This document shows positions 11,277 to 22,076 of a stretch of DNA of 64,000 nucleotides, piece after piece. Position 1 is the stretch's first letter, and each line of letters opens with the position of its first letter. A program made the position numbers and the translations under genes. The notes beneath the pieces are model-generated. The model searched no databases. It was given only the letters and a program-made list of their open reading frames with translations, and was not told the origin of the DNA. This DNA comes from Spirochaetota bacterium (lineage in GTDB: Bacteria > Spirochaetota > UBA4802 > UBA5550): NCBI GenBank assembly GCA_963664815.2, contig CAXXHB010000003.1, forward strand, positions 3,168,001 through 3,232,000. Direction: 5' to 3'.

Positions 11277-11318
11277 CTCCGTTCTCCTGCGGTAAATGTC
11301 AGTGATATCAGAAGCATA

Positions 11319-12086
11319 TCAGCTTTTGCAGAAGAATACTTGTATGGACCTGCTATTATGAAAAATTTCCCGTAAATTTATACCGAACATTTCTTTGAAT
11401 ACCCTGCTCATATGGGCGGAATCTGAAAAGCCCGCTTCGTAAGATGCAAAGGTAAAATCCCTGCCCTCTGTAATTATAATGATTCCGTCGATCAGTCTTT
11501 TCCATTGTAAATACTGTTTAATGGAAATACCGACAATGGATTTAAAAAGATGCTGCAGCCGGCTTTCAGAGAGTGAAACATAACCGGCTAAATATGAAAC
11601 TGTTGCTTTCCTTTCATCAATAGTTTCAATCAGTTCAACAATCCTATTAATTCTGTCATCATTACCCGGGCAGATATCTGACTTAATCCCGAGGTGAGTG
11701 ACAATTTTTTCAACCATACTTAAGATATTCAGGCTTTTGATCATTTCAGATTCAATTGTCTTAATGATGCTCAGATCAAAATCCAGGTTTTGATACGGTT
11801 TATTCCCAAGATATGTCTGAAATATCTTCCCGTAAACCGATTCCGGTTCTATTAAAAGCAGAACCTGTGTGCCATCTCTGCCTATAAGTTTATGTCTGCA
11901 TTTAAGGTTAAGCAGTATTGATTTTGTGCGTATGCTTTCACCTTCAATATCGATTATAAAATCATTATCGGTGGCAAATGTAATCTGCAGAGCGTGATGG
12001 TTATGAAATTCTGTATCCATTACCGTGCCGATATAAAGGAATAATCCTTTTGTTATAAAAAGTTTTGAGTGTTTTGTTAATTTCAT
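11319..12086 (-). CDS. AraC-family transcriptional regulator
   Basis: LSESRLQHLFK...AGFSDSAHMSRVFK HTH motifs. Confidence 0.9.
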   Translation of the reverse strand: MKLTKHSKLFITKGLFLYIGTVMDTEFHNHHALQITFATDNDFIIDIEGESIRTKSILLNLKCRHKLIGRDGTQVLLLIEPESVYGKIFQTYLGNKPYQNLDFDLSIIKTIESEMIKSLNILSMVEKIVTHLGIKSDICPGNDDRINRIVELIETIDERKATVSYLAGYVSLSESRLQHLFKSIVGISIKQYLQWKRLIDGIIIITEGRDFTFASYEAGFSDSAHMSRVFKEMFGINLREIFHNSRSIQVFFCKS

Positions 12087-12149
12087 AAATATTTTTTACC
12101 GGGACTTGCGGGATATAATAGATATCAGTATCAGCTCTGCAATAATTAT

Positions 12150-12719
12150 TTACTTTAATTCCTTACGGGCAGTCATTACAGCTTTTTTTATAAATTCAGA
12201 TTTCCCGCTCGTATACAATTCTCTGTTATTTTTATACAATCTGCTTAATTCAATTTTTAGTGATTCATATTCTTTTGCCAGGTTGTGATTTACTTTTAAA
12301 TATTCACAAAAGTATATTTCGTCCCAATCACCTTCATATCTTACATGGACATGAAAGGCCTGTCCTTTAAAACCATCAATGGTATATCCCTTTGTGAACA
12401 TCATATGCGGCTCCGGATTTTCAGGTTGAGCTGTATAATTATATCCTTCATCCTTCATATTATTGATTAGATTATCCAGATCAGTTTCACCTGTTATTTC
12501 CAGTAAAATATCGATTGTTGGTTTTGAGATTATTCCCGGAACAGCAGTGCTCCCGATATGGCTTATACGAATAATATTATTTTTACCAATAATTTTCCGC
12601 AGAATTTTTTTCTCACTCAGATACAGTGAGTTCCAGTTATCCTGATGTTCCACAAGATAAATCGGGAACAGGTTTCCCAATTCATCAATGCTTAATTCAT
12701 GTAATAATTTCTTTTTCAT
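12150..12719 (-). CDS. GrpB-family nucleotidyltransferase-fold protein
   Basis: HIGSTAVPG..SKPTIDIL, YESLKIEL, YTSGKSEFI. Confidence 0.88.
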   Translation of the reverse strand: MKKKLLHELSIDELGNLFPIYLVEHQDNWNSLYLSEKKILRKIIGKNNIIRISHIGSTAVPGIISKPTIDILLEITGETDLDNLINNMKDEGYNYTAQPENPEPHMMFTKGYTIDGFKGQAFHVHVRYEGDWDEIYFCEYLKVNHNLAKEYESLKIELSRLYKNNRELYTSGKSEFIKKAVMTARKELK

Positions 12720-12739
12720 AACAATAAATAACCTGAATT

Positions 12740-13138
12740 TTAATTACCGGTATGCTTTACCATGGGAATTTTGTTTTTTTTAAAATAATTGTTAAGTATC
12801 GAAATAAGATCTTCCGCAATAACAGGTTTTATTATATATGCAACCGGGTTAAACAGGCGTGCCTCTGTGATTATCGATTCATCAGAATAACCTGACATGA
12901 ATATAACCGGGACATCAGAACTTTTCCTGATTTCCCTGACAGCCTCAATTCCGTTCATTTTACCGGCCAGTCTTATATCCATGATAACCATACCAGGTTC
13001 AAGTTCAGCAGCATATTTCACTGCACCCTCGCCGGTTGGTACGCTTTTAATGACACTATATCCCGCATGATTGAGTATAGTGCGGATCAACATTGCGGTA
13101 ATCGCCTCATCCTCAGCTATCAGTATTGTTCTGTTCAT
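12740..13138 (-). CDS. Single-domain response regulator
   Basis: ILIAEDE, MDIRL phospho-acceptor, IIKP. Confidence 0.92.
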   Translation of the reverse strand: MNRTILIAEDEAITAMLIRTILNHAGYSVIKSVPTGEGAVKYAAELEPGMVIMDIRLAGKMNGIEAVREIRKSSDVPVIFMSGYSDESIITEARLFNPVAYIIKPVIAEDLISILNNYFKKNKIPMVKHTGN

Positions 13139-13156
13139 AATGCTCCGGCCCGATGC

Positions 13157-16100
13157 TCAGACCCGTTCCTCATATTTATTATCCTGAAAAAGGATTTTCC
13201 ATCTGACTCCTGGATTTTTTTCAACTGTTATTGTTCCGTTAAGCTGGTATTCAACAATATTAAAGACAATCTGTAAACCAAGATTATTTTCACCCGACGG
13301 ATTACAGCTTTCATTAAAACCAATTCCGTTATCGTAAACAATTAATTCAATAATCCCGCTGTTCTTTCCGGAGAGTATAATCCCTATTTCCCCTTCTGAG
13401 TCCCCCGGAAAAGCATGTTTATAGGAATTTGTAACAAGCTCATTTACAACAAGCCCGCAGGGGACTGCACTGTCAATGAGAACCGGCATGGACTCCAGTT
13501 CAATGATAATATTTATTCTTTTTTTCCCGTCATCAAAGCCTGTTTTGATCTGTTTTATCAGATCGGTGATATAATCTTTCAGGTCTATATGGGAAATACT
13601 CCCGGACAGGTAAAGCCTTTCATATACAAGCGACATAGCCATGACCCTTGATTCCATATCCCTGCAGATACGTATGGACTCACTGCTCCTTGCGTAGAAA
13701 GCCTGAAGTGAAAGCATTGATAAAATTACCTGCAGGCTGTTTTTTGTCCTGTGCTGGATTTCACGTATAAGCTCTGTTTTCTGTTTCAGCGATAACTGCA
13801 GACCGGCTTCGGCTGTCTTTCTCTCTGTAATATCCTCCGAAAAAATAACTATACCTCCGATTTTACCTCCGGCATTAAACCATGGACGTACTTCCCATCG
13901 TAACCACTGAAGTGTGCCATCCAATCTCCGGTAAAAATCCTCGTCATTTTTTATAACTTCACCTGCAAGTCCCCTGCGATGAATAACTTTCAGGTCTTCA
14001 GTAATCTGCGGAAAGATATCATAATGGGACCGGCCTGTTATATTCTCATTTTCGAGACTATAATCTGACAGCCAGCGGTTACTTGCCTGAATATATTTCA
14101 TATTATTGTCAAACATTGCCAGCGCAGCGGGGGCATGCTCTATAAAAAGCCGCAGTTTCTCCTCATTCTCCTTAAGCCTGTTTTCTGCATGCATGCGTTC
14201 GGTTATTTCGATGGAAAGAATGAATATACCTTCAGGCGCAGGTTGTATACTCAGTTCGAACCAGCCCTTCAGACCCGAAGGATACGTAAACTCATTAACC
14301 ATTCTGTGAGAAAAACGTTCATCCATACAGCGTTTAAGATAAAAAAACATCTCCGTCTTTTCAATACCGGGATACATCTCCATCATTGTATACCCTGTCA
14401 GTTTGTTTTTGTCCATATGTCCATGAATTGCCGCTGCTTCATTAACATAAATATACTTCCAGTCAAATCCGACAATCTGGCAGCCTTCCAGCATGGAATC
14501 AAGAATTCCATGGTACCGGTTTTCACTCTCCAGAAGTTTATCTTCGGCTATTTTCTTTAAATTAATATCCTCAATAACAGAGATAAAGTAATCAGGGGTA
14601 CCGTCCTGATTCCATACAAGTGAAACAGTGAGTTTTATCCAGATGAAGCTGCCGTCCTTTCGTATATAACGTTTCTCAACATTATAGTTTCCTTTCTCAT
14701 GATAAAGCATTGCCCGTATAGATTTCATTTCAGGATCAAGATCATCAGGATGAGTAATATCCTGAAACGTGCAGTTTAAAAGCTCAACTTCACTGTAACC
14801 GGTAATATCACAGAGCTTCCGGTTAACGCGGAGCCAGTGCCCGTCCGGCGCAACATGGGCAATTCCCACTGCAGCCTGCTCAAAAGTAGATTTAAAGCGT
14901 ACCTCACTTTCACGCAGAAGTTCTTTTGCTCTCCTGCTTTCAGCTATAATCCCGTTTATGCGCGCAAGCAGTTCATCTGTACTGAAAGGTTTAACTATAA
15001 AATCCCGGACGCCTGACTGAAGCAGCCCTATACGCAGTTCATCATCTGCCCTGGCAGTGAGCATAACCAGAGGTATATCTGACATTTCAGGAAGTTTCCC
15101 GAGAGCAAGAGCCAGCTCATCACCGCTCATGACAGGCATCATTACATCAGACAGTATAAGGTCAGGACGCAGTAAAACCGCCTGTTCAAGTCCCTCTGCC
15201 CCGTTCTTTACATGTACAACCCTGTAATGCCCCGCCAGGACACCAGTGAGGTATTCCGCCATATCGGCATTGTCCTCTACAACCAGAATCAGCGGATCAT
15301 AGCGGGCAGCAGAATTACTGAAGAATTCCTTATCTGAGGGAAAAAGTTCCTCTACAACCTGATGTTCAAGAAGGTCATCCGTTTTATACCCATCTTCCCG
15401 GTTCTTCAGGTCATACTTTTCACATCTTTCAAGCGGCAGAGTGATTCTGAAAACTGCTCCTCCGCCCGGGACATCAGAGACAGATGCATATCCTCCGAGA
15501 ATTTCACTGAACTGCTTTACAATGGCAAGACCAAGGCCTGTACCGCCATACCTGCGCCTTGAGCTTCCATCAACCTGGCGGAAAGGCTCAAAAATCTCTC
15601 CGCGAAGATTCTCCGGCACACCAGGGCCATTATCCTCTACGCCAAGTATGACATTATCCTCTTTTTCTTCAACTGTGACACGAACCATTCCACCTTCAGG
15701 AGAAAACTTGAATGAATTTGACAGCAGGTTAAGGAGTATCCGCTGAACCTTCTCCGCATCTGTCATGACATATAGTGAATCCGGGATTTCAACCTCCAGC
15801 CGGATATTTCTTGACCTTGCGAGGTTCTCAAAATTTGACACCGTTCCCCGTGTTAACCGCGAAAGATTCTCAGCCTTAAGTGAAAGCGGCATTTTACCGG
15901 ATTCCATACGGGCAACATCCAGCAGGTCTGTCACATGGCGATAAAGGAGCCGTGCATTTCTTCCGACAATTTCAAGATCACGTCTCAGTTCAGGATCAAG
16001 GTTCTTCCCTGCCAGATAATCTGACACAGGATTGAGGATAAGCGTTAGCGGCGTACGAAGCTCATGGCTGACATTTGCGAAGAACTGTGTCTTCAGTTCA

Positions 16101-16495
16101 TCAAGCTCACGCGTACGTTCATATAAACGCGTTATCTCAATATTTGCAGCACGTGTCTCTTTCAGCGCTTTTTCGGTTTCATTTTGTGCCCTTTCAAGAC
16201 GCTGCTGCGCCTGACTTACAAGGTAGCCCACAAAAAGAAAAAGACCTACTGACCAGAAATTTGAAGGATTATTCACTCTCCATGAGAACTGAGGAGGGAT
16301 AAAGAAATACCAGACAATCCCTGCGGAGAGTATGGAGCTTATCATTCCCCCTCTGAAACTTCCCAGCCTTGCACTAAAAAATACTGTGGGGAAAAAAAGG
16401 AACCACACGAAGGGTGAAATCCACTTCCAGAGAACCCACTGAACACCCAGCGCGATAAAAGGAAATAAAATTGAAATCAGCAGCCGGACTGACAT
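13157..16495 (-). CDS. Hybrid sensor kinase: membrane sensor, HisKA/HATPase, REC, three PAS, second HisKA_2-type kinase
   Basis: SHELRTPL, NLLSNSFKF, GTGLGL; LSDVMMP; PAS/PAC repeats; REIQHRTKNSLQ, NELVTNSYKHAF, DNGIG. Confidence 0.93.
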   Translation of the reverse strand: MSVRLLISILFPFIALGVQWVLWKWISPFVWFLFFPTVFFSARLGSFRGGMISSILSAGIVWYFFIPPQFSWRVNNPSNFWSVGLFLFVGYLVSQAQQRLERAQNETEKALKETRAANIEITRLYERTRELDELKTQFFANVSHELRTPLTLILNPVSDYLAGKNLDPELRRDLEIVGRNARLLYRHVTDLLDVARMESGKMPLSLKAENLSRLTRGTVSNFENLARSRNIRLEVEIPDSLYVMTDAEKVQRILLNLLSNSFKFSPEGGMVRVTVEEKEDNVILGVEDNGPGVPENLRGEIFEPFRQVDGSSRRRYGGTGLGLAIVKQFSEILGGYASVSDVPGGGAVFRITLPLERCEKYDLKNREDGYKTDDLLEHQVVEELFPSDKEFFSNSAARYDPLILVVEDNADMAEYLTGVLAGHYRVVHVKNGAEGLEQAVLLRPDLILSDVMMPVMSGDELALALGKLPEMSDIPLVMLTARADDELRIGLLQSGVRDFIVKPFSTDELLARINGIIAESRRAKELLRESEVRFKSTFEQAAVGIAHVAPDGHWLRVNRKLCDITGYSEVELLNCTFQDITHPDDLDPEMKSIRAMLYHEKGNYNVEKRYIRKDGSFIWIKLTVSLVWNQDGTPDYFISVIEDINLKKIAEDKLLESENRYHGILDSMLEGCQIVGFDWKYIYVNEAAAIHGHMDKNKLTGYTMMEMYPGIEKTEMFFYLKRCMDERFSHRMVNEFTYPSGLKGWFELSIQPAPEGIFILSIEITERMHAENRLKENEEKLRLFIEHAPAALAMFDNNMKYIQASNRWLSDYSLENENITGRSHYDIFPQITEDLKVIHRRGLAGEVIKNDEDFYRRLDGTLQWLRWEVRPWFNAGGKIGGIVIFSEDITERKTAEAGLQLSLKQKTELIREIQHRTKNSLQVILSMLSLQAFYARSSESIRICRDMESRVMAMSLVYERLYLSGSISHIDLKDYITDLIKQIKTGFDDGKKRINIIIELESMPVLIDSAVPCGLVVNELVTNSYKHAFPGDSEGEIGIILSGKNSGIIELIVYDNGIGFNESCNPSGENNLGLQIVFNIVEYQLNGTITVEKNPGVRWKILFQDNKYEERV

Positions 16496-17024
16496 ATTTT
16501 CACCAGACTAAAGGTTATTTCCGCAAACCTGGATAACTGTATCTGCGTAAATAATACTTTTCCCGGCAGAATTATAATAATAGCTCATTGTTTACCCCCC
16601 GTTATACTTTTCTTATATTATAAAAAGTATTGCAGCAGGATTCAAAATTAATTATTAAATGAATTATTGATATATCCGGGAGAATTCACTGGTTTAATGA
16701 ATTTATATACTAAAGATACCTTTTCTCGATGAACTGAAGAAGTTTAATACTCTCCAGGATTCCATGATTTCAATATTATGTTCAACTTCACGCAGGCGGT
16801 ATATGAATGGTCAGCAGAATATAAATTACCGGGTTTCCAGCTGCAGCGCCGGTTTATTAATTATATATTGATTTCAGAAATTCAACAATTTCCTGCTTTG
16901 CTATGTATATAATTGCGAATGAAAATAATATGGTAAAGGCATTCACAACCTTATTATTCTTTACTATTATATTTTTCAGGAGTTTCCCCTGTATTACTGA
17001 TACAGATTCCGGAGGCAGGAAATA

Positions 17025-17474
17025 TCACTCCCCCCCTCTTTTCTTCCTGATACACTTCATATCCTTCAATCCACTGCAGATTATCTCTTCAGCTCTCTCC
17101 CTTTCTGCCTGATTTAATATTATGCTTGATATTCTGTTCAGCATCTCTTCGTTTTTAATTGAGCAGAAGGCTGCGATAACCTCTTTCTGCATCTTCGACA
17201 GGTTGTTGAACAGTTCACCGGATGAAACCCTCACCTGAGTCTTTTTATTATCTGCCCGGGAATTGATAAACATCTCACCCTCACCGGTAAGCAGCCATGC
17301 CGGATTAATATTATAAACAGCCTTGATAGCCAGGGCCTCCTGTTTATCAATCTTATAAAGTCCCTTTAATTGCCTGTCTAACTTTGACTCCGCAATTCCT
17401 ATACTACCGGCAAAATCAGCACGGTTCAAACAGAGAGTATTAAGTACAGAATTTAATCTTTCATTCATATCCAT
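17025..17474 (-). CDS. XRE/CI-like helix-turn-helix protein
   Basis: MNERL...FAGSIGI...YNINPAWLLTGEGEMF. Confidence 0.75.
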   Translation of the reverse strand: MDMNERLNSVLNTLCLNRADFAGSIGIAESKLDRQLKGLYKIDKQEALAIKAVYNINPAWLLTGEGEMFINSRADNKKTQVRVSSGELFNNLSKMQKEVIAAFCSIKNEEMLNRISSIILNQAERERAEEIICSGLKDMKCIRKKRGGE

Positions 17475-17786
17475 TTTTCACCCATAAATATACACATTGC
17501 ATATTATAGTATTTATATGATTAATAATAAAAGCTGATTCAGAATATCTCAATCGTATCATAAACATTAATAATTGCAACATAAAAACTTTAATAAAGAG
17601 GCGAGCTTATAAAATTTGGATTTAAAAAAAGCTGATTGTTGCAGAATATAGACTAAGGAACATACTTAAAAAACAGAATTCTTTGATGACACCAAACGGA
17701 CTGTGAAACTGACGTTCCGTTACAACCTGTACAAAACAACAGATTGCTCTGAATTTTCCAGGAAGGGAGTTTTATCTTTTGCATAT

Positions 17787-18110
17787 CTATATCATATAAT
17801 GCCCGGCAACGGTTATTAATGTTCCAAGTATAACTGACATTGCAGCCATTATCAGCGGCGCTTTTCTGTCACTCTCATCTCCTGATACAATTAATATAAC
17901 CGGAAGCGCCAGGCAGAGTGAAATGATTCCACCCTTTAACCACCATGAAAGGAATGGCAGGTTTATATTCAGAATAACAATTGATACGAAAAAATATTGT
18001 ATAAATGCTGAAACTGTTGATCTTTTATCGAGCTTCTGAATGATCATCGGTAAAATATCAATTACGCCTGCTATTACACCAACACCCATTGAAATCAGTA
18101 ATGTTTTCAT
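17787..18110 (-). CDS. Small four-TM membrane protein
   Basis: Hydrophobic 107-aa ORF with AGGAG RBS. Confidence 0.7.
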   Translation of the reverse strand: MKTLLISMGVGVIAGVIDILPMIIQKLDKRSTVSAFIQYFFVSIVILNINLPFLSWWLKGGIISLCLALPVILIVSGDESDRKAPLIMAAMSVILGTLITVAGHYMI

Positions 18111-18243
18111 ATTTACTCCTTAAATTTGTATTTATCTTGCAGGCCGGGGAGCCTGCACTCCCAGGTATTCTTTAATAACTCTGAATTTTTATTTAAAAGT
18201 AACTCTTGCTTCAGTCTCGTTGAGCGTCGTTGTCTACTGTTAA

Positions 18244-18813
18244 TTATACAGCCTTTCTAATATTACTATAATAGTTTTTTATTATTTCAATATCACTAAA
18301 TACGACTTTACAGCCATCCCCTAACGGAGATTGACAAGATAATCCAATTTTGATTTTATTTTTTAATTCAAACTTGAAATATCGTACCATTTTCCAATTA
18401 ATTTTATCATTTGAATAATGCAAACACCAGTTATTGCCTTTACGGACAATTTGCAGATAAATTCTTTGATCTTCTATTCTTTCACCATTGCAATCATCAG
18501 AACAACCATTTGTTATAACCGAAACCACAGAAGAGTAACCAAGATCTGTCTTTTCAAAAGCAAATTTAATCCATCTATCTTCAGACTCATAAGCTAATAA
18601 ACAACCGGCATCATAAACATTTGTAAAGGCTGGTTTAATTGAGCAGCGAAAAATAAAATCGTTTTCTATATTTGTATTATAGAATGGTGCATTATGTTGT
18701 TTATAATCACTGCAAACATCAATAAAAAAATCAGTTTTCCCGGGTGCTGTTATTTCAACTGTTCTTTCATTATTTGAAACTGATTCAGCCCGATTTAATA
18801 ATTCATATTTCAT
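18244..18813 (-). CDS. DUF1349-family (concanavalin-like) protein, probable gene cassette
   Basis: KTDFF, WIKFAFE, SVITNGCSDDCN, WKMVRYF, SCQSPLG; loosely flanked by GTTGT (18229) and ACAAC (~18857). Confidence 0.75.
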   Translation of the reverse strand: MKYELLNRAESVSNNERTVEITAPGKTDFFIDVCSDYKQHNAPFYNTNIENDFIFRCSIKPAFTNVYDAGCLLAYESEDRWIKFAFEKTDLGYSSVVSVITNGCSDDCNGERIEDQRIYLQIVRKGNNWCLHYSNDKINWKMVRYFKFELKNKIKIGLSCQSPLGDGCKVVFSDIEIIKNYYSNIRKAV

Positions 18814-19020
18814 AACATCTTTTTCCAGTATAAAATTATATAGCAATGAAGTACAACGATAAGAACATTATCATAAAAAATATTCAATCTGCGGGATGCC
18901 GGCAGACTGTTGCTGAATATCGATTTAATCTCATCCTTTATATCACGGACAAATGATGCAATCGAAGTAAAATCTGGTGCTATCCGCTGATAATGCACTG
19001 AATACAATATTTTCACGGCG

Positions 19021-19218
19021 CGCGTCCATTATCTTCCTTGATGATACAATCCCGCAGGAATACGACAGCGGGATAATCTGCTTTGTAAAATCAACCGGAA
19101 TCATTATACCCTGCTCATATTAATACTACTTATACCGCGCTATGAATACCTCCCATAGCTTTATACACAGCATAACTATTATGAAATTACGATTAATTTA
19201 TAATTTTTCTACGGACAC
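19021..19218 (-). mobile_element. IS1182-family left-end/N-terminal remnant
   Basis: Minus strand reads ..IPVDFTKQIIP..SYSCGIVSSRKIMDA; ~140 bp homologous to 38736-38875. Confidence 0.7.
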
Positions 19219-19235
19219 GTTATCTGCAGTACCCG

Positions 19236-19649
19236 TTATTTTTTTATTTTTTTTGACCAGTTTTCTATTTTTAAACTTTTCACTTTTTCAAATTCTTTTG
19301 TATTATTTGTTACAAGAATGCCGTTTTTAGCTAAAACTGTTGCAGCAATCATATAATCATTTGGTCCTATACTTGTTCCTTTCAATTCCATTGCCGAACG
19401 AATTTTAGAATAAACAATTGAACAATCATCATCAAATGGTATTATTTCAAAAGGTTCGAGAAATCGATTGATATTAGTTAAATTTTTAGCTTTATGCTGA
19501 CTTTTTTCTGCGCCATAAAGAAGCCCGGTTTTTACAATTGAAGGAATTTTAATATTATTCGGATTTATATTTTGTATATTTTCCATTATAGAAGGATATA
19601 AGCCTTTAAGAAAGTACACACATATATTTGAATCAAGATAATAAATCAT
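19236..19649 (-). CDS. vapC: VapC PIN-domain toxin
   Basis: YYLDSNIC, IGPNDYMIAA, LVTNNTKEF. Confidence 0.9.
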   Translation of the reverse strand: MIYYLDSNICVYFLKGLYPSIMENIQNINPNNIKIPSIVKTGLLYGAEKSQHKAKNLTNINRFLEPFEIIPFDDDCSIVYSKIRSAMELKGTSIGPNDYMIAATVLAKNGILVTNNTKEFEKVKSLKIENWSKKIKK

Positions 19650-19873
19650 AAGCTTTCTCTTTTCAAATCTTGCTCAAATGATAAATTCTTAATTTCAAAC
19701 GATTTATCTGTTATTGAACCAAATAAATCAAAATATCCCCGGGGATAATCTTCTTTTATTACTTTCTTTATATTGTTGCCTACCCATTTTGAGATTGAAA
19801 TACGTTCTTCAGCTGCGGCTTTTTCAATCTTAGCTAAGGTATCTTTGTCGATATATAATGATATTTGCGGCAT
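19646..19873 (-). CDS. Antitoxin (RHH-like), partner of VapC
   Basis: MPQISLYID...ISISKWV; 4-bp overlap with toxin start. Confidence 0.82.
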   Translation of the reverse strand: MPQISLYIDKDTLAKIEKAAAEERISISKWVGNNIKKVIKEDYPRGYFDLFGSITDKSFEIKNLSFEQDLKRESL

Positions 19874-19953
19874 ATAAAATCTCCTATAAGGAAAAAAATA
19901 AACGAACAGGTAAAAATCAAGTATATTTGCAAGTATATTTTAAGTGCAATGGC

Positions 19954-20075
19954 CGATAACACTGTTCGATGACTGCCCTATGCGCTTAGCTTGTCTAAGC
20001 AAGCCCGAACGACTGCCAGGGAGTTAAGCGCATAAGCTTTATATGAAGGCAATATGTCGTAAACATAAGTTTTTA
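19954..20075. other. Degenerate attC-like hairpin bounding the TA cassette
   Basis: CGATAAC mirrors GTTATC at 19219; internal TATGCGCTTA/TAAGCGCATA inverted repeat; distal GTT. Confidence 0.45.
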
Positions 20076-20082
20076 AATGAAC

Positions 20083-20497
20083 CTATCTAAATCTTTTTTT
20101 ATTATGTCGATATGAAGACGGTAAATTCCCGGTCCACTTTTTAAATGCATGATAAAAGTTAGCTGTATCACTATACCCTAGTTTTTCAGCAATTTTTTCT
20201 ATAGTTAATTCTGTTGTAGTTAAAAAATCGATTGCCTTATTTTTAAGCACATTCGAAAGAATGGTCTGGTAAGTTATCCCTTCATCATAGAGATACCGCC
20301 TGAGTGTACGTGATGAAATATTCATATTACTGGCAATTTCGGCCATTGGTACTATTGCTTCTTCATGATAATATAATTCGTTATAAATTCTTTCAGTAAC
20401 AGTTTGGGATTCATTAAGTCTTAAATATAAAATGCGACATTCTTCTTCATATTTTTTCTTCATCAGAGGATTTGCTTTCGCCTGAAGGAATTCATAA
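20083..20497 (-). pseudogene. 5'-truncated AraC-family regulator
   Basis: Only the C-terminal HTH remains (SSRTLRRYL...LGYSDTANFYHAFKKWTG). Confidence 0.75.
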
Positions 20498-21301
20498 ACC
20501 ACCTGTCATAATAATGGCACATGGACTGTGCACCCAGAAAAATTTTGGACTCATGGATTATACAGAACGATTTGTTAAAAAATGTATGGCCGTATTTCTT
20601 TTTGATTACCGCAGCTGGGGTAAGAGTGATGGTGTGAACCGCGTCAGATAGCTGAACCATCCCGCTATCTTGATGACTGGAGAGCGGCAATTGCACATGT
20701 TCGAGGCCTCCCCGAAGTTGATATAGACATGATCGCTCTTTGGGGCTCCTCTTTTTCGGGTGGCCATGTACTCTATATCGCCTCAGAGTACCATGGTATA
20801 AAAGCTGTTATAGCACAGGTACCTTTCATGAGCGGTTTTTCTTCAATATCAACCAAGAGTTTTTCGGATATAATAAAATCAACATTCTACGGGTGTTACG
20901 ATATTTTCAGGAGTGTTTTAAACCTCTCTCCTCACTATTCACCGGAAATAGGCAGACCCGGAACTTTTGCAGCAATGAATAGTGAAGAATCTTATGATGG
21001 CTATATGTCCATTGTCGGTGATGATAAAATATGGCAGAATAAAGTAGCTTCGCGTCTTTTTATAAAAATGTCGATGTACAGTCCATCTTCCAGAGCAAAA
21101 AAAAATTAAGGCAATGTTTTAATCTTGGCCGGGAAGAATGATTCACTAATTCCGGTTAAAGACGTGGAAAAATGTGCCATGAGGATATCTCATCGCCGAC
21201 TTGTTATAATGGACTGCAACCATTTTTAACCTTACACGGGGGATACTTTTAAAAATATCATTGATAAACATATTAAATTTCTGGAAGAATACCTGAAATG
21301 A
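20498..21301 (+). pseudogene. Frameshifted alpha/beta hydrolase
   Basis: PPVIIMAHGL, WGSSFSGGH nucleophile elbow and DCNHF spread across frames with stops. Confidence 0.75.
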
Positions 21302-21375
21302 ACACAGAGACTCATTGATGAGGTAATAGGAAATATTGAAAACTACTAAAAAATAGTAAATAATGGAGATAGATT

Positions 21376-21915
21376 ATGGCTGATAAACCAATAAAGACAT
21401 TCAGAGAAGACTGGTTTAGACGTTTTCAAAAGCATCTGTTTATTATAGTATTTATACCTGGAGGTTTATTTGTACAAAAATCACTAATCGGTCAAATTCA
21501 ATTTGAATATAATAGATCAGATTATTTCAGTATCATCTTCTGGAGTATACTTTTTCTGGGAATGTTTTGGCTTGAATATATATCTATTATCTATATGCAA
21601 ACAATAAAAACTGCAGCGGCAACAGTAGATGTATATGAGGATAGAATTGTAGGGCATGCACAGTATAAAAAAAACATATGGGTATTGAAATATGTTGATA
21701 TTAAAAAAATATATCCAAAACCTGGAGCTGTAAGACCTTATTTTGTCTTTGAAGATAAAAATGGAGACAAGTATAACATATCCATATTAATGGATTATCT
21801 CAAGGAATGCATGGAGTATATACAATATCAATCAGTCAATCTTGAAGTATACAAACTGGGGACTGTGCCTAAAAATGATATTGAATGGAAAAAATCAGAT
21901 GATCCAATTATATAG
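21376..21915 (+). CDS. Hypothetical membrane protein, possible orphan immunity protein
   Basis: Two TM segments, GGAG RBS, directly precedes the Rhs modules. Confidence 0.55.
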   Translation: MADKPIKTFREDWFRRFQKHLFIIVFIPGGLFVQKSLIGQIQFEYNRSDYFSIIFWSILFLGMFWLEYISIIYMQTIKTAAATVDVYEDRIVGHAQYKKNIWVLKYVDIKKIYPKPGAVRPYFVFEDKNGDKYNISILMDYLKECMEYIQYQSVNLEVYKLGTVPKNDIEWKKSDDPII

Positions 21916-22076
21916 CCCTACCACACCATAGACCATTCTGGACAAACCGGTTCCTTAAATGGAACCGTAGTATTCCGGTACATCCGGTTTATTCTCTTAT
22001 ACTTGAAAGAGTAATAAATAAACTGGAGCAATATTTTTAAAATAAAGCAATAGTTCCTTGAAAGCAGAAAATATTC

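Noticed and set aside
17025-17474. Prophage indicated by the CI-like HTH gene
   Set aside because: No phage structural, replication or integrase genes in the window.
19170-19225. Repeat ending in GTT (also 38830-38880) as an integron attI site
   Set aside because: The repeat encodes an IS1182 transposase N-terminus and its left end; no integrase is adjacent.
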